NCBI GenBank assembly: GCA_050011015.1
Contig: JBEKJX010000013.1
Span: forward strand, 1 to 38,824
DNA length: 38,824 bases
Direction of reading: 5' to 3'
Source of the DNA: Smithella sp.
Lineage (GTDB): Bacteria; Desulfobacterota; Syntrophia; Syntrophales; Smithellaceae
Part shown: positions 9,113 to 17,269 of the stretch, in pieces
Layout: each line of letters starts with the position of its first letter
How positions within the stretch are numbered: the stretch's first letter is position 1
Made by a program: the position numbers and the translations under genes
The notes under the pieces: generated by a model
Databases searched by the model: none
Seen by the model: the letters and a program-made list of their open reading frames with translations, nothing else
What the model was told of the DNA's origin: nothing

Positions 9113-9676
9113 TCAAGAATCCATTAATTCATATTGGAAATACATATCTTCATCGCCCGCGGCAAGGCTCCTGATCCTTTTCGAGGAAGATTTCTTTCCA
9201 AACATTTTTATGGCCTGCTGAAAGTAACCCATAACAAGGTATTCAAAATAATTATATTTAATTTGAAGTCCGGTGACTTTGATATGAGCGACGTTATCCA
9301 CAAATAGTGCGGTTGCTACACCACTGTCAAAATACGTAGACCAGACCTTAGGCAGCACCGACTCGACAAATTGTTTAATATCCTTTGTGATGTGCATGAA
9401 TGATTTGTATGGACCATCCGGCGCCAGCACAGCTTTCGCGCCTGCCTTTCCAAACTTTATATACTGCATTCTGTCGTTGTTGAAGAATTCCTTACACATT
9501 TCATCAAAACAAATGATTAATTTTTCCACGGGCATGGGGGTAACGGACAGAATAACTGTGTTGAAATAATTATCCTTCTTTGCCAGTTTGACCATAAAGG
9601 CTGCCCATCTTTCCTCGCCAAAAGCCGCTATCATATTATTTTTTGTTACAACATAAGCAATACCTTTTGCGTTCAT
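9113..9676 (-). CDS. Hypothetical protein (187 aa); possibly a small-ligand-binding domain of the DUF2378 / heme-NO-binding-like type (weak)
   Basis: Clean ORF closely following the PilZ gene on the same strand. No motif recognised with certainty. Confidence 0.55.
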   Translation of the reverse strand: MNAKGIAYVVTKNNMIAAFGEERWAAFMVKLAKKDNYFNTVILSVTPMPVEKLIICFDEMCKEFFNNDRMQYIKFGKAGAKAVLAPDGPYKSFMHITKDIKQFVESVLPKVWSTYFDSGVATALFVDNVAHIKVTGLQIKYNYFEYLVMGYFQQAIKMFGKKSSSKRIRSLAAGDEDMYFQYELMDS

Positions 9677-9710
9677 ATCTAAATCTCCCTTCCATAGTCT
9701 TTCTATCGTC

Positions 9711-10001
9711 TTAGTCGATCATGAAGAATCCTGCCTTGGTGATCTGGCCTTCCAACTTTTTGATCCAGGCCACTTTGGCTTTCACTTTCAGACGGGTGCA
9801 GGATTCGTAAATCACTTCCTGCCCCTGTTTGAAATTTACTTCACCCACAAAAACGGCACAGAACCCCTTTAAACTTTCATTCTGGGCAAGACCCATGCGC
9901 TGTATCGTCTTTTTATCATCCTCATCAAGATAATAAATACTTACAATCTCGTTCGGCTCAGAAGGAAATCTGATGTAATTTCTTCTATCGTAATCGCTCA
10001 T
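9711..10001 (-). CDS. PilZ-domain protein (c-di-GMP receptor-like), copy 1
   Basis: RRNYIRF (RxxxR) and NESLKG (D/NxSxxG) PilZ motifs. 96 aa. Close paralogue at 15644..15934. Confidence 0.8.
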   Translation of the reverse strand: MSDYDRRNYIRFPSEPNEIVSIYYLDEDDKKTIQRMGLAQNESLKGFCAVFVGEVNFKQGQEVIYESCTRLKVKAKVAWIKKLEGQITKAGFFMID

Positions 10002-10114
10002 GGAAAACTCCTCCCTGGTCCATATTTCAATCGAAAAGGGCTTTCAAACGAATTTGATCTTCGCAGGAGAAATATTGATAATAAATTTCTATAAAAAGAC
10101 TAGCATATTTGTTT

Positions 10115-10149
10115 CAAAATATCCATGGCCGCAATTTGCGGCCATGGAT
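10115..10149 (-). terminator. Rho-independent terminator downstream of the DNase II-like gene
   Basis: Perfect 12-bp GC-rich stem ATCCATGGCCGC-aattt-GCGGCCATGGAT at 10121-10149. On the minus strand it is followed by ATTTTG. Confidence 0.6.
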
Positions 10150-10238
10150 GGATCATGCATTTACCTGTGCGGTTTATTTTGGGACTTGGAAACACTTCAG
10201 GGTTTTGAATGAGGCGAAGCTGCCTTCTGTTTAGGCGG

Positions 10239-11357
10239 CTACGGCTTTTTTTTAGCTGTGATGATTTTCGTCTGCTCCGGTTTTGCTTTTTTGCTATGAG
10301 TTTCCTTTATCAAGGCTTTAGTTTTTGCTTGGTCGTAGCCGGGAGGATATAAAATTAAATCGGAAGTCTTTAGTATTTGCCATAAATTCTTGTCTTGAAA
10401 AGCAATAGTTCCGCCTCCACGTTTTTCCTGGGAGATCATACGGTTAATGTCCCCGACACACACCCAGGGACTTTTCTTGTCCGCATTTTTTGTTATACCC
10501 CATTTTGCGTGGTCCTTAGTTTCCGGCCATGCCCAACCTCCGAATGATCGTAGATCAATGAACTTAATATCGAAAGTTTTATAAATGCCGTCGCTATCAA
10601 GGTTAGGCGCAACCAGCCCACGTATCCATGTAACAACATCCATGTCATCTCCTAACGTGGGACCAACCAGATCATTCCAAAAATCTCTGCCCCATTCACG
10701 GTTCTTGGCAATGACCTTGAATTTCAAACCGCCTTTCGTATTTCCGCTTACAATATTTGTCCCTCCCGGGACGGTCTGACTCAAGGGAAGGCTAAGGTCG
10801 TAGAGCGGATCATTTTTACTCACAGATGCGGGAATATGAGGCATATAAGTTTGCGGTTGCTGATACGTGGCCATCTGCACGGCAATTTGCCTCATGGTAG
10901 CAATATCCAGAGACAGGCAAAGAAATGTCTGGCCATACATGGGAGTGGGCATTGTCTCCGAATCAGGATCGGCATATTTAGGCCAGGAATGAAGAAGCCA
11001 GTAAGCGCTGTTTGTCGCGGTATCAAAGGCGAGGACACCCTTGGTATGACCTAATTCGCCGTTGTCTTTTCCGCCGCCGGCATCTGCGGGTTTCTCATCG
11101 TTATAGAGAATCCATCCGGTCGTGGCTCCCGGATTTTTAAAAACACTATCAAGGGTAAAATGGAGTGCGCCTTTATCCTGCCGCAGATCGTTGGCCGACA
11201 TTTTGGCATTTCCAACTGTGGGGTCATAGTATAAATATTCGTATCCGGTGGCGGTATTGCCGCCCTTGGCGCCTTTCGTGTCGGTAAGTTTCGGCACCTT
11301 GTAAATAAACCAATAATCAACACTTTTACCTGTTTCATTCAATGCTGAAATTTTCAT
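10239..11357 (-). CDS. Deoxyribonuclease II (DNase II) family protein, PLD-superfamily nuclease
   Basis: Blocks matching eukaryotic DNase II: GKSVDYWFIYKVPKL, ILYNDEKP...GHTKGVLAFD, YWLLHSWPKY, YGQTFLCLSL, DHAKWGI, WVCVGDINRMISQEKRGGGTIAF. The ORF-track start at 11378 is TTG. ATG at 11357 has SD AAGGGGGAG 7 nt upstream. Confidence 0.9.
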   Translation of the reverse strand: MKISALNETGKSVDYWFIYKVPKLTDTKGAKGGNTATGYEYLYYDPTVGNAKMSANDLRQDKGALHFTLDSVFKNPGATTGWILYNDEKPADAGGGKDNGELGHTKGVLAFDTATNSAYWLLHSWPKYADPDSETMPTPMYGQTFLCLSLDIATMRQIAVQMATYQQPQTYMPHIPASVSKNDPLYDLSLPLSQTVPGGTNIVSGNTKGGLKFKVIAKNREWGRDFWNDLVGPTLGDDMDVVTWIRGLVAPNLDSDGIYKTFDIKFIDLRSFGGWAWPETKDHAKWGITKNADKKSPWVCVGDINRMISQEKRGGGTIAFQDKNLWQILKTSDLILYPPGYDQAKTKALIKETHSKKAKPEQTKIITAKKKP

Positions 11358-11466
11358 AATCCAACTCCCCCTTTTCAATTATTTTTTTGTTGAAGATTTC
11401 TTTTGAAGATGAGAAATTGTAAGAACAGCAGTTTGGTAAGTTAAGTTGATATTTATATAAATATCA

Positions 11467-11560
11467 AATAATTATCAATCCCTCGAAAGAGGGGTTTTTG
11501 CAGAAGTGTTTTTAATGATTACCGTTTGCAACCCGGCATAAAATTGCAAAATGAGAAAAT
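11467..11560. repeat. ~95-bp conserved intergenic element, copy A (upstream of the DNase II gene), containing a Fur-box-like core
   Basis: About 80% identical by eye to 15321-15415. Contains TAATGATTACC (11513-11523), a short hairpin CCCTC-GAAA-GAGGG, and TTGATAATTATT at the gene-proximal end. Confidence 0.6.
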
Positions 11561-11598
11561 AATCCTTGCGGGGAAAAGCCGATGGCCGAGTTTGCCGG

Positions 11599-13533
11599 TC
11601 ACGCGCACATGTAAGCCACCGCGCCGGCAACCACAAGAGAAACAACTGTGTTCAGCGCGATGGAGGATAAGGCGATCCGCCATCCTCCCTCTTTCCATAA
11701 CGCGGAGATGGTAGCCACGCAAGGGACGTAGAGGACCGTAAAGACGACAAGCACAAGAATCTGGCAGTGCGTCAGGACCGCCGATATATTTGCCGTGCCC
11801 AGCGCGGCATTCAGCATCAGGATCGTGAGTTCTTTTCTGAAGACTCCCAGAAAGATGGTGATGCCCGTTTGCGGTGGAAGGTTCAGTATGCCTGAAGTAA
11901 GCGGTGCGAGGATATTGTTAATCAGCTTGTCAATGCCTGCGTAAGATAAAAAGGAAAGAACAATACTCGAAACGGCGATGACCGGCCAGGCGAATGTCAG
12001 AAACTCATAGAGCCTCATCCAGACCTTTTTGCCGATGATTCTGAGGTACGGTCTTCTCAGGGGCGGGACATCCATAATGATGCCCGGCGCCAGCTCGACT
12101 TTAAACCGGGATAACGCAAACGAAAGGGCCAGCATGATAGCAATGTTTCCCATATAGATGAAAGTTGTATAAACGGCCCCGAGATATTTTCCGGCCAGGG
12201 CTAAAATGACCACTGTCCTTGCCGAACAGGCAATAAAAGGGATAATCAGCAGCGTGATGAATTTGTCCCGTTCATGTTCAAGGTTGCGCGTTGCCATGAT
12301 GGCGGGAACGTTGCAGCCGTATCCGAGAATGATGGGAACGACGGCATTGCCGTGCAGACCGAACCGGTGAAGAATCCCGTCCACCATAAAGGCAATTCGC
12401 GGCAAAAGACCCGTATCTTCCAGGAGGGCAAGAAGAATGAGCAGGGGAACAAGATAAGGAATAACAATACCGATGCCCGCGACGAAACCGTCATAGATTC
12501 CCGATAGCGCTACCGCGGTAATGCCGCCGCCCGACAGGCCTTTGATGACGGATCCCAGACCGGCGAGGGGCTGTTCGATCAGGCGGGAAATGATATCGCC
12601 CAGCCAAAATGACGAATAAAACATCAAAAAGAGTAAAGCCGTAATAGCCAGCAGGCCACCTAAGGGATTGACGATGAACTGGTCAATCTTCTCACGATAA
12701 TCTATGCCGCTGCGGGGCCTTACTTTGGCGACTTGTTCAAAAAGATTGAAAACAATGGCGTGGCGATGCGAAGAAAATACTCCGATCTCCGGCCAGTTGT
12801 GGATTTCAGCCAGATGATGTCTTTTATCGGCAACAAATTTCAAAAAACCGCTGTCAATATTTCCCACCCTTTGCTCGAACTCCTTATCCATTTCCAGGAG
12901 CCTGATGATCACAAACCTTTCGTTCATCGCTACGGAATTTCTCAAGGAAGCCGGATACCGGTCAGTAATTTCGGCAATGCATTCTTCAACGTCTTTGTCA
13001 TATACCGGCATGACCGGCTTGAATTCTTCGGCGGCGGCAGTCCGGGCGGCGTCAAAGAGTTCATGTATGCCGCTGCCCAACACGCCTACAACGGGAAAGG
13101 CCTTCACGCCCAATAATTTTGCCAGCTCTTCAACATTGATTTCCAGACCCTTGTCTTTCGCCTCATCAAACATGTTGAGAGCAATCACCATGGGGATATT
13201 CATCTCCAAAAGCTGAACGGTCAACTCCAGGGAACGGGTCAACAGGGATGAATCGAGAACATTGATGATGACATCCACATTGCCTGACAAAAGATAGTCA
13301 CGCGCCACTTTTTCCGCCATGTCATGGGATGAAATAGAGTAAGTTCCGGGCAGGTCAATAAGGCGGACGGTTTTTCCTCCGAGATAGACCTTTGTTTCGG
13401 TGAAGGATACCGTGGTGCCGGTAAAGTTGCCGGTATCGACTTTGAATCCGGCGACTGCGTTAAAGATCGTCGATTTTCCGCAATTCGGCTGACCGGCCAG
13501 GGCAATGACAATTTCGTCATTTGATTTCTTCAC
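11599..13533 (-). CDS. feoB: Ferrous iron transporter FeoB
   Basis: N-terminal G-domain IALAGQPNCGKSTIFN and DLPGTYS, then a long polytopic membrane domain. The ORF-track start at 13539 is TTG. GTG at 13533 has SD GAGG 6 nt upstream. Overlaps the feoA stop. Confidence 0.93.
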   Translation of the reverse strand: MKKSNDEIVIALAGQPNCGKSTIFNAVAGFKVDTGNFTGTTVSFTETKVYLGGKTVRLIDLPGTYSISSHDMAEKVARDYLLSGNVDVIINVLDSSLLTRSLELTVQLLEMNIPMVIALNMFDEAKDKGLEINVEELAKLLGVKAFPVVGVLGSGIHELFDAARTAAAEEFKPVMPVYDKDVEECIAEITDRYPASLRNSVAMNERFVIIRLLEMDKEFEQRVGNIDSGFLKFVADKRHHLAEIHNWPEIGVFSSHRHAIVFNLFEQVAKVRPRSGIDYREKIDQFIVNPLGGLLAITALLFLMFYSSFWLGDIISRLIEQPLAGLGSVIKGLSGGGITAVALSGIYDGFVAGIGIVIPYLVPLLILLALLEDTGLLPRIAFMVDGILHRFGLHGNAVVPIILGYGCNVPAIMATRNLEHERDKFITLLIIPFIACSARTVVILALAGKYLGAVYTTFIYMGNIAIMLALSFALSRFKVELAPGIIMDVPPLRRPYLRIIGKKVWMRLYEFLTFAWPVIAVSSIVLSFLSYAGIDKLINNILAPLTSGILNLPPQTGITIFLGVFRKELTILMLNAALGTANISAVLTHCQILVLVVFTVLYVPCVATISALWKEGGWRIALSSIALNTVVSLVVAGAVAYMCA

Positions 13534-13756
13534 GTTCAACCTCTATGCAGGAAGCGATTTCCCTGCTGATCATTATTTTCGCGCCGCATTCCATATCTTC
13601 CACCAGCAGGGGACCGTGAAATAAACCCGTCCTGAGCAGACGGATTCTCTTGCCGGCATGGAAACCAAGATCGCTCATCCTCGAGGCGATATGTTTCGCG
13701 CTGTTGAATTTTTTTACTACAGCGGTATTTCCGATTTTCATTTTTAATAAAGTCAT
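13517..13756 (-). CDS. feoA: FeoA family protein
   Basis: 79-aa SH3-like FeoA pattern (KIGNTAVVKKF...LGFHAGKRIRLLR). Lies immediately upstream of feoB and overlaps it. Confidence 0.85.
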   Translation of the reverse strand: MTLLKMKIGNTAVVKKFNSAKHIASRMSDLGFHAGKRIRLLRTGLFHGPLLVEDMECGAKIMISREIASCIEVEREEIK

Positions 13757-13793
13757 TGAACTTTTTTCCTTTCCATATCGTTAAAGCGACGGC

Positions 13794-14303
13794 TTATTTA
13801 TCGTCAATCGTCTTGAGATTGTTTCTGCATTCCGGACAGACCCCGATCAATTCCAAGTGGTGACTCTCCAGAATGAATCCATATTCCTTCGCCACGGCTT
13901 CCTGCAAAATGTCGATGGCCTGGTAAAAGAATTCAATCTTCTTTCCGCAATGCGAGCAAAGGAGATGATCGTGGTGCTGATGGTCCCATATGTGCTCATA
14001 CCACGCTCCCCCGGACTGCGCATCTTCCTCTAGGGTTGTCCTGCGGATGATACCGGCCTGAACAAGCAGCGACAGATTGCGATACACAGTGGTAAGAGAC
14101 AGGTTGAGTCCCTGTGCTCTGAGGCCATGAAGAATATCATTTGGCTGGAAATGCCCGTCAATATCGCAAATAATTTTCAATAATTCCAGTCGTTCGTCAG
14201 TTAGCCTTCCTCCGGTATTATGTAGAATTAACGTGAACTTATCCACACAATAGCCATTTGGAGAACATTTTTCGCATTCCGGTTTTAAATATTCTTGTTG
14301 CAT
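13794..14303 (-). CDS. fur: Fur family metalloregulator with a Cys-containing N-terminal extension
   Basis: RLTDERLELLKII...TVYRNLSLLVQAGII winged helix. HHDHLLCSHCGK and CPEC (two CxxC pairs). The ORF-track start at 14339 is the TTG of a TTGACA hexamer. ATG at 14303 is preferred but lacks an obvious SD. Confidence 0.8.
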   Translation of the reverse strand: MQQEYLKPECEKCSPNGYCVDKFTLILHNTGGRLTDERLELLKIICDIDGHFQPNDILHGLRAQGLNLSLTTVYRNLSLLVQAGIIRRTTLEEDAQSGGAWYEHIWDHQHHDHLLCSHCGKKIEFFYQAIDILQEAVAKEYGFILESHHLELIGVCPECRNNLKTIDDK

Positions 14304-14865
14304 ATGATTACCAATAAGCGATTTGGCATGTTTTGTCAAGCACTAAATTAAAATGCCCTTATAAAATGTCAATAGGCATTGGAAATAGACCCGGCATCGG
14401 CGTCCAAAGCTGACCCCGTTAAAATTTTATATTTTGTTGTAGAATCCAACCCTTCGCTTTCATCAGCCTAGGTCAAAATTGGAATCTGATCCGCCTTGTA
14501 AATGGGTCAGAATTGCATGCCGATTCACATGCTGATAAAGATATTCTTAAGGTATTGGAAAACGCACGGCTTTCTTTTTACTTTGCGAAAAGTAAAAAAA
14601 AGGCTTAATCAAATTTATTCAAATCCTTTTTACAAATGAGAAAATGCCTCTTACCATAGAGGCTGCGGCATCCGGGGTGCATTTGCAGTAACAAGATTCC
14701 TCAGTTCTTTCTCGTGAGGACAAACGATACCACTCTCGCGTATTACGCCGCTTGAGCGTTTATCAGGTATTGTATTTAATTATTTGAGGATTACCGGTTA
14801 ATGTTGAATATATTTCTAAGACAGTAAAAGAAACAAATGACTTGGTTCCGGCGAGAATGAGTTGA

Positions 14866-15258
14866 TCAGTTTACAACTCTTTCCGATGTGCTTTGCAGCC
14901 AGGAAATTGCGTCGTCAGTGTCCGTACACCATTTCGCCGGTATTCCGTTAAGTCTTGTCACATATTGGCGGAACGACTGTAATTTCGCATTTTTTGGAAG
15001 GTCCACAAAAACAGTGTTAATATTATAAAAAAAGGAGGGTACGTCTGTAGCAAAAAAATATATATCTGTATAGCCGAGATGCCCCTTTATCTCACGAATA
15101 TCACATAACAATTTTTTGGCATTGGTTAACTTGACGATCGCATATACCTCATTTGTCAATTCTTTGACATTATCTTTTGTCACTTCTCCGGTAATGATAA
15201 TTTTAACAATTCCTTCATTTACAAATGTAGTGAGGTTATACGTGGACTTCTCTTGCAT
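14866..15258 (-). CDS. Hypothetical protein (130 aa), possibly a SpoIIAA/STAS-like fold
   Basis: Clean ORF with ATG start, preceded by repeat copy B. Weak resemblance to STAS-like small domains only. Confidence 0.5.
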   Translation of the reverse strand: MQEKSTYNLTTFVNEGIVKIIITGEVTKDNVKELTNEVYAIVKLTNAKKLLCDIREIKGHLGYTDIYFFATDVPSFFYNINTVFVDLPKNAKLQSFRQYVTRLNGIPAKWCTDTDDAISWLQSTSERVVN

Positions 15259-15320
15259 TTTGAATCCTTCTATCTGGTAAGATTACGGGAATAAATTAAA
15301 TAATTATATACCTGTTGGAG

Positions 15321-15415
15321 GAATAATTATCAACTACCCGAAAGAGTAATTTTTACGGAAGTATTTTTTAATGATTATCGTTTGTAACCCGGCGTAAAAT
15401 CAGAAATTGAGAAGT
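15321..15415. repeat. ~95-bp conserved intergenic element, copy B (upstream of the 130-aa ORF), containing a Fur-box-like core
   Basis: Aligns with 11467-11560. Contains TAATGATTATC (15368-15378), whose reverse complement GATAATCATTA equals positions 7-17 of the E. coli Fur consensus. Confidence 0.6.
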
Positions 15416-15643
15416 TGTGGGGTACGGAAGTCTGTCATCCAACGCCATCCGGAAAAAATCACGATCAAAAGGCGCTAACCAGGAAATCAGCCGAAACTTG
15501 AGCGAGCGGCGGGATTGATTTATTAAGAGGGTTTATTATTGTGACAAAATAAGTTAATAAATGAGCATCTAAAAAACAATCTGTTCTGCCTCCAAATTAT
15601 CAAGTGCCGGATTATCAAGACAACCATACGGCGAAAAAGGTAT

Positions 15644-15934
15644 TTAATCGATCATGGAGAATCCAGCCTTGGTGATCTGGTCTTCCAGTTTTTTAATCCA
15701 GGCCACTTTGGCTTTTACTTTTGGAAGAGTGCCGGATTCGCAAATAACTTCCTGACCCTGCTTGAAATTTACTTCACCGACAAAAACGACGCAGCATCCC
15801 TTGAAACTTTCATTTTGGCCCAGACCCATGCGCTGTCCTGTTTTCTTATTACTCTCATCCATATAATAAATAGTGACGAGTTCATTTTGCTCCGCAGGAT
15901 ACCTTATGTAATTTCTTTTGTTGTTATCGCTCAT
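15644..15934 (-). CDS. PilZ-domain protein, copy 2
   Basis: KRNYIRY and NESFKG motifs. About 80% aa identity to 9711..10001. Its ~70-nt 5' leader is also conserved with that copy. Confidence 0.8.
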   Translation of the reverse strand: MSDNNKRNYIRYPAEQNELVTIYYMDESNKKTGQRMGLGQNESFKGCCVVFVGEVNFKQGQEVICESGTLPKVKAKVAWIKKLEDQITKAGFSMID

Positions 15935-16226
15935 AGAAAACCCCCTGGTCTATTTTCAATCGAAAAGGACTTTCAATCGAATTTGATCTTCATAGGAAAT
16001 ATTCTGACAAGAATCTTATTTTACGTCAGTTAGTTTAGGGCAGCAGCGCTTGTATGTCAAGGGAATATTGGCCGTAAAATACCGGGTGTCAATGTCTGCC
16101 GCCGGTTGAAAATAGTGCGGCGATCGGAAAGATAGCATATTTGACAGGGATAAAGGTTTGTTTCTTTAAAGGAAAATTCTGCTATCTGTCGCACACATTA
16201 TTTTTTTGAAGAAAAATGGCAGTGAT

Positions 16227-16970
16227 TTACCAGTCAAGCCCTTTCTTTTTTAAAAAATCCTGCGCCTCTTTAAGGCCAAGTTTGGCTGCAGTTTCCCAAT
16301 CCGCAACGGCCTGATTGTTATCACCGTGTGCGCTATAAGCAATTCCCCTGCTGAAATAGGCGATCGCAAAGGTCGGATTCAGTTCAATGGCTTTGTTATA
16401 ATCCGCAATGGCCTGATTGTGGTTGCCCGATTTTGCATAGGCGTCCCCCCGCTTCACATAGGCATGCGCTTCTCCCGGGTCGAATTCAATGATCTTATTG
16501 TAATCCGCGATTGCCTTATTGTAGTTTCCAAGTTGAGCATAGGCATCTCCGCGGCTGAAACGGGGCTCTGTATCTTGCGGGTTTAGCTCCATGGCTTTGC
16601 TGTAATCCGCAATCGCCTGATTGTAATTGCCATGATAATAATAGGCATTTCCACGGCTGATGCAGGTCTCGGCATCTTGCGGGTTTAACTCAATGGCTTT
16701 GCTGTAATCCTCAATTGCCTGCTTGTAATTACCAAGATAATAATGGGCGCGTCCGCGGTTAAAATAGGCCACTGCATTTTTCGGGTCGAGTTCTATTGCT
16801 TTATTAAATGCGTCTAATGCTACGTCCAGACGACTATCATTACCGGCCTTACGTCCCATTTCAATCCACTCGGCAGCGGTGAAACCATCCATGGTTTTAT
16901 TATGTGCGCAACCCGTTATCATGAGTAATACCGCTAAAATGGATAGCAAAGAATTACGGAGAATTTTCAT
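16227..16970 (-). CDS. TPR-repeat lipoprotein
   Basis: Signal peptide plus lipobox MKILRNSLLSILAVLLMITGC. Five or six tandem 34-aa TPR units (AIELNPQDAE...RGNAYYYHGNYNQAIADYSKA). Confidence 0.85.
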   Translation of the reverse strand: MKILRNSLLSILAVLLMITGCAHNKTMDGFTAAEWIEMGRKAGNDSRLDVALDAFNKAIELDPKNAVAYFNRGRAHYYLGNYKQAIEDYSKAIELNPQDAETCISRGNAYYYHGNYNQAIADYSKAMELNPQDTEPRFSRGDAYAQLGNYNKAIADYNKIIEFDPGEAHAYVKRGDAYAKSGNHNQAIADYNKAIELNPTFAIAYFSRGIAYSAHGDNNQAVADWETAAKLGLKEAQDFLKKKGLDW

Positions 16971-17167
16971 ATGCGTATGCCTTTTTCCAATCTGCCTTAA
17001 TTGCCGTATTTGATTTTTTTATCGATTTATCACAACTGCTTTTTTATTTAAAGGTGTTTATTGATGCCGATGGGAATATGCAATAGCCGATTTTTTGGGG
17101 GGCTTGCTGATGGTAATACTATCCTTTAAATAAATCGTGAAGAGAGGATTAGTGAAAGAGAAGTGGG

Positions 17168-17221
17168 TAGGCCGAGTCCAAAGGACCCGGCTTAAATTGC
17201 GGGTACAAAAGACTCGGCCTA
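17168..17221 (-). terminator. Long inverted repeat (11-bp perfect arms TAGGCCGAGTC / GACTCGGCCTA with an inner ACCCG/CGGGT stem) just downstream of the permease gene; possible terminator or structured RNA
   Basis: Read directly from the sequence. There is no clear U-tract, hence the low confidence as a terminator. Confidence 0.35.
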
Positions 17222-17269
17222 ACCTGGAGGGTTCAGATGATTCTTTCAATGGTCCGGGAACCGGCTAAA

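Noticed and set aside
11520-11545. Sigma-54 promoter in the conserved element (TTGCA present on the minus strand)
   Set aside because: No properly spaced GG-N10-GC, and no TGGCAC element 5 nt upstream of the TTGCA. In copy B the TTGCA is TTACA.
9711-16005. Composite transposon or genomic island delimited by the PilZ direct repeats
   Set aside because: I found no transposase, integrase, recombinase, tRNA attachment site or terminal inverted repeats. The repeats are diverged functional genes rather than IS elements. I kept this only as a duplication or recombination-substrate observation.
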